A stretch of 64,000 nucleotides of DNA from Squalus acanthias (Eukaryota), in NCBI GenBank assembly GCA_030390025.1, contig CM059438.1:56980001-57044000 (forward strand), written 5' to 3'. The first letter of the stretch is position 1, and each line of letters begins with the position of its first letter. This document shows, piece by piece, positions 61,178 to 64,000 of the stretch. The notes below the pieces were generated by a model. That model was not told the DNA's origin and did not search any database. It worked only from the letters and a program-made list of their open reading frames with translations. Both the position numbers and the translations under genes were made by a program.

Positions 61178-61859
61178 AACCCTGACACAGCCAGTGACCA
61201 TTCTGTGCCTCAGCAAACGTACTCCACTTTGAACTATTCTCAGACATGAAGGGGAGGAGGGAATGAAATTCATATCTGCTTATTTCAACAAAGACATCAG
61301 TGAGATTATAGCTGGTGTTTCTATCTCTCACCTTAAAACTCATGCTGCTTTATTTAGCAAAGATGGCAATTTCAACCTGCACTTCATGGATGCTGTAAGT
61401 TTCGGAGTTCTCAGCCATTGGATTGTGTCTGAATCTGAAAACAGTTGCCAAAAACAAAGATATTTTCTTTTTGCCCTGTACTAGCTGAGGAATTGTGATT
61501 CCTTGTTATCCTGATTAAAATAAAGATAATTGTATTTGCTTTAAGAGTTCACTAATCTTTGAGTACCTACTTGTTTGCAGAAAAATGTAGTGCTGTGACA
61601 AACTTGTTCTGCGCACATTTTTACTAATGAGTAATTTAGAGTAAAATATTCCCATACTGTAGCACAATTCCCGCCATTGTAATGGGAGATTCTCCCAAAT
61701 TGGGAATTGGAAATAGTTTGTGATTTCCAGTTTCTATTCATTCCATAGCAATGTGCACTAATTGTAATGGATGGTTGTATGTGAACACTCAGCAAGGGTC
61801 AGAAAGCTCAGGTCCAGCGATCTTTATCTCTTTGGGACATTTATTGTTTCCTTTTAATG

Positions 61860-61860
<1 letters not shown>

Positions 61861-61900
<40 letters not shown>
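61861..61900. repeat. (TC)n(TATC)n microsatellite
   Basis: Read directly from the sequence. Confidence 0.95.
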
Positions 61901-63479
61901 CTGAGTTATATATCACACTTTGAGGATAAGCGAGTGAGCAGATCCCAGGCCTCTTTAACAGAGTCCCTCTGTCCTGTTCCACAATCTAAGGTGAAGAAAT
62001 TTATACTAACCTACCCTTTAACTCTTCCTGTGATTATCTTAAATTGTGCCGTGTTGCAGTCCAGTGGAAACACGCCATCACTATTTAACCCATCATAACT
62101 CTTCATGATCTTGAAGAATCCAATCGGATCATCCCTTAACCTCTCGGCTCTAGTGAACTTTACAAGCCTCTCTTCATAACCGTATAACCCCGCACCCTGC
62201 TAAACATCCGAGTGAATCTACGCTGTATCTTTCTCATTGCTTTCATATCCTTCCGATAATGAGGTGCCCAAATCTACACAATACTCCTGAACTGTGGCCT
62301 AACGACAAGTTTAAAATTAGCTCCCTGCTTTTGTATTCTGTGCCTCTAGATACAAAACCAAGGATTCTTTTTGCCTTATTTATGACCTCATCTACTTGCA
62401 ATGCCATCTTTAATGATATGTGTGTCTTTTTTTAAATTCATTCTCGAGATGTGGGTGTCGCAGCAAGGCCAGCATTTATTGGCCATCCCTAGTTTCCCTA
62501 ATACAGCTGATTGGCTTACTGGGCCACTTCAGAAGGCAGTTAAGAGTCAATTACGCTGGTCTTTACGTTCCTGTACCATGGAAAACCTCTGATTTATAAC
62601 ACCAATAATTGAGTGCAACATTCTCCAATGTATTGAGCTATTTTTTTCTTTAATGTACGGTGGATATTAGAGCTGCCAACACTCATAATGCCTGTGATTT
62701 AAAAAAAAATGTTTCTGATTCAAAATGAGGAAAACGTTTTAAGTTGTGTAAACTGCAAGCACTAATAAAACTTTCTAAGATTCGGCGACTAGAGCAGTGG
62801 ATCTATTTTAAATGGGCAGAATGTAATTTATATACGGATTAGATTATCTTTTCATGTCAGGGTATTGACACAAGTTTATATCTCTGATTCCACACACAGC
62901 AAACTCCCAATCTCAACTGGTCCTTTGGTGAGGGTGTTGAACAGAAGCCCAAATGCTTGCTCACAGGAAGTGGGCTGATTTTGAGTATCTCACAGAACTG
63001 GCTGCCGGGTGATATTATTGGTGGAGGCCTGGGAGCGTTTAGTCTGTGATAAAAAGTGACCCACAATTTTATTTCTGAGGTGCTTTTTTCCTCACAGCTG
63101 CTATGTCTGCTGTGCTTGGTGTTGGTGGCTACAGTTGCTGCACTACCGTAGTTCAGGTATTATAATTGTGGCTTCCTCCCAACACTTTTACCTTGTGCAG
63201 CAGGCGGCAGTTTCCATAGCCTTTAGGATATAATGTACCTGCAACCACAGTGGCTGCTCAGCACACTGTCCTGGCTACTCCAAAAGACACTAAATACCTC
63301 ACTGCCAGACTATTAGATTCAGGGTAAAACTAATAAGTTTATTGACAAATAACTCTGTCACTGTGAATCATCACAGTGCAACCTCTCACTATTTCAACCC
63401 CTTCCCCAGCCCTTGTCTCTGGCTGAACTAGATTGTTCACAATCTCTGTGTCCTATGCCAAGCTGAGCTTCTGACCCTC

Positions 63480-64000
63480 AACAATTAACAACTTGCATTT
63501 ATATCGCGCCTTTAACATAGAAAAATGCCCCAACGCGCTTCACAGGAGAATTGTCAAACAAAATTTGACACTAAGCCACATATTAGGACAGGTGACCAAA
63601 AGCTTGGTCAAAGAGCTAGGTTTTAAGGAGTGTCTTAAAGAAGGGGAGAGAGTTGGAGAGGTTTAGGGAGGGAATTCCATAGCTTAGGGCTCTGGTAGCT
63701 GAAGGCACGGCCGCCAATGGTGGGGCGATGGAAATTGGGAATGCTTAAGAGGCCAGAATTGGAGGAGCGCAGAGATCTCGGAGGGTTGTAGGGTTGGAGG
63801 AGATTACAGAGATAGGGAGGAGCGAGGCCATGGATGGATTTGAAAAACAAGGAGCATTTTAAAATCGAGGCGTTGCCGGACCGGGAGCCAATGCAGGTCA
63901 GCAAGCACAGGGGTGATGGGTGAATGTGACTCAGTGGGAGTTAGGATATGGGGAGCAGATATTTTGATGAGTTCAAATTTACGGAGGGTGCAAGGTGGCC
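63480..64000 (-). mobile_element. L2-clade LINE 3' portion, runs off the window edge
   Basis: FKSIHGLAPPYLCNLLQPYNPPRSLRSSNSGLL..GGRAFS..KLWNSLP. Confidence 0.9.

Noticed and set aside
57100..64000. Exons of a neighbouring downstream gene
   Set aside because: Only L2/CR1/SINE remnants and short unrecognisable ORFs were seen; small exons cannot be excluded by eye

Overview
Vertebrate genomic DNA. The repeat content (HER1-type CR1 LINEs, Deu-domain SINEs, Penelope elements) suggests a cartilaginous fish, which is an inference. The window holds the complete 13-exon ANAPC2 gene on + (ATG 1288 to TGA 56163; 2415 nt spliced CDS, 804 aa; all GT-AG introns with consistent phases). It lies head-to-head with SSNA1 coding exon 1 on - (578-527) across a ~0.7 kb GC-rich bidirectional promoter built partly of short tandem repeats. 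Both first introns open with G-rich (sense-strand) minisatellites; the ANAPC2 one is ~12.2 kb with kb-scale higher-order duplications and explains the spurious ~4000-aa ORFs. The introns hold nested mobile elements: CR1, L2, a Vingi-like LINE, Deu-type SINEs, Harbinger-like MITEs and a Penelope-like element. The two most notable non-obvious signals are (i) a 1446-bp TG..CA solo LTR with a 4-bp TSD and foamy-virus-like organisation inside the Penelope element, and (ii) two families of minimal hammerhead-ribozyme motifs in Penelope terminal repeats, with stem covariation visible between copies. No database searches were run; family names rest on recognised motifs.
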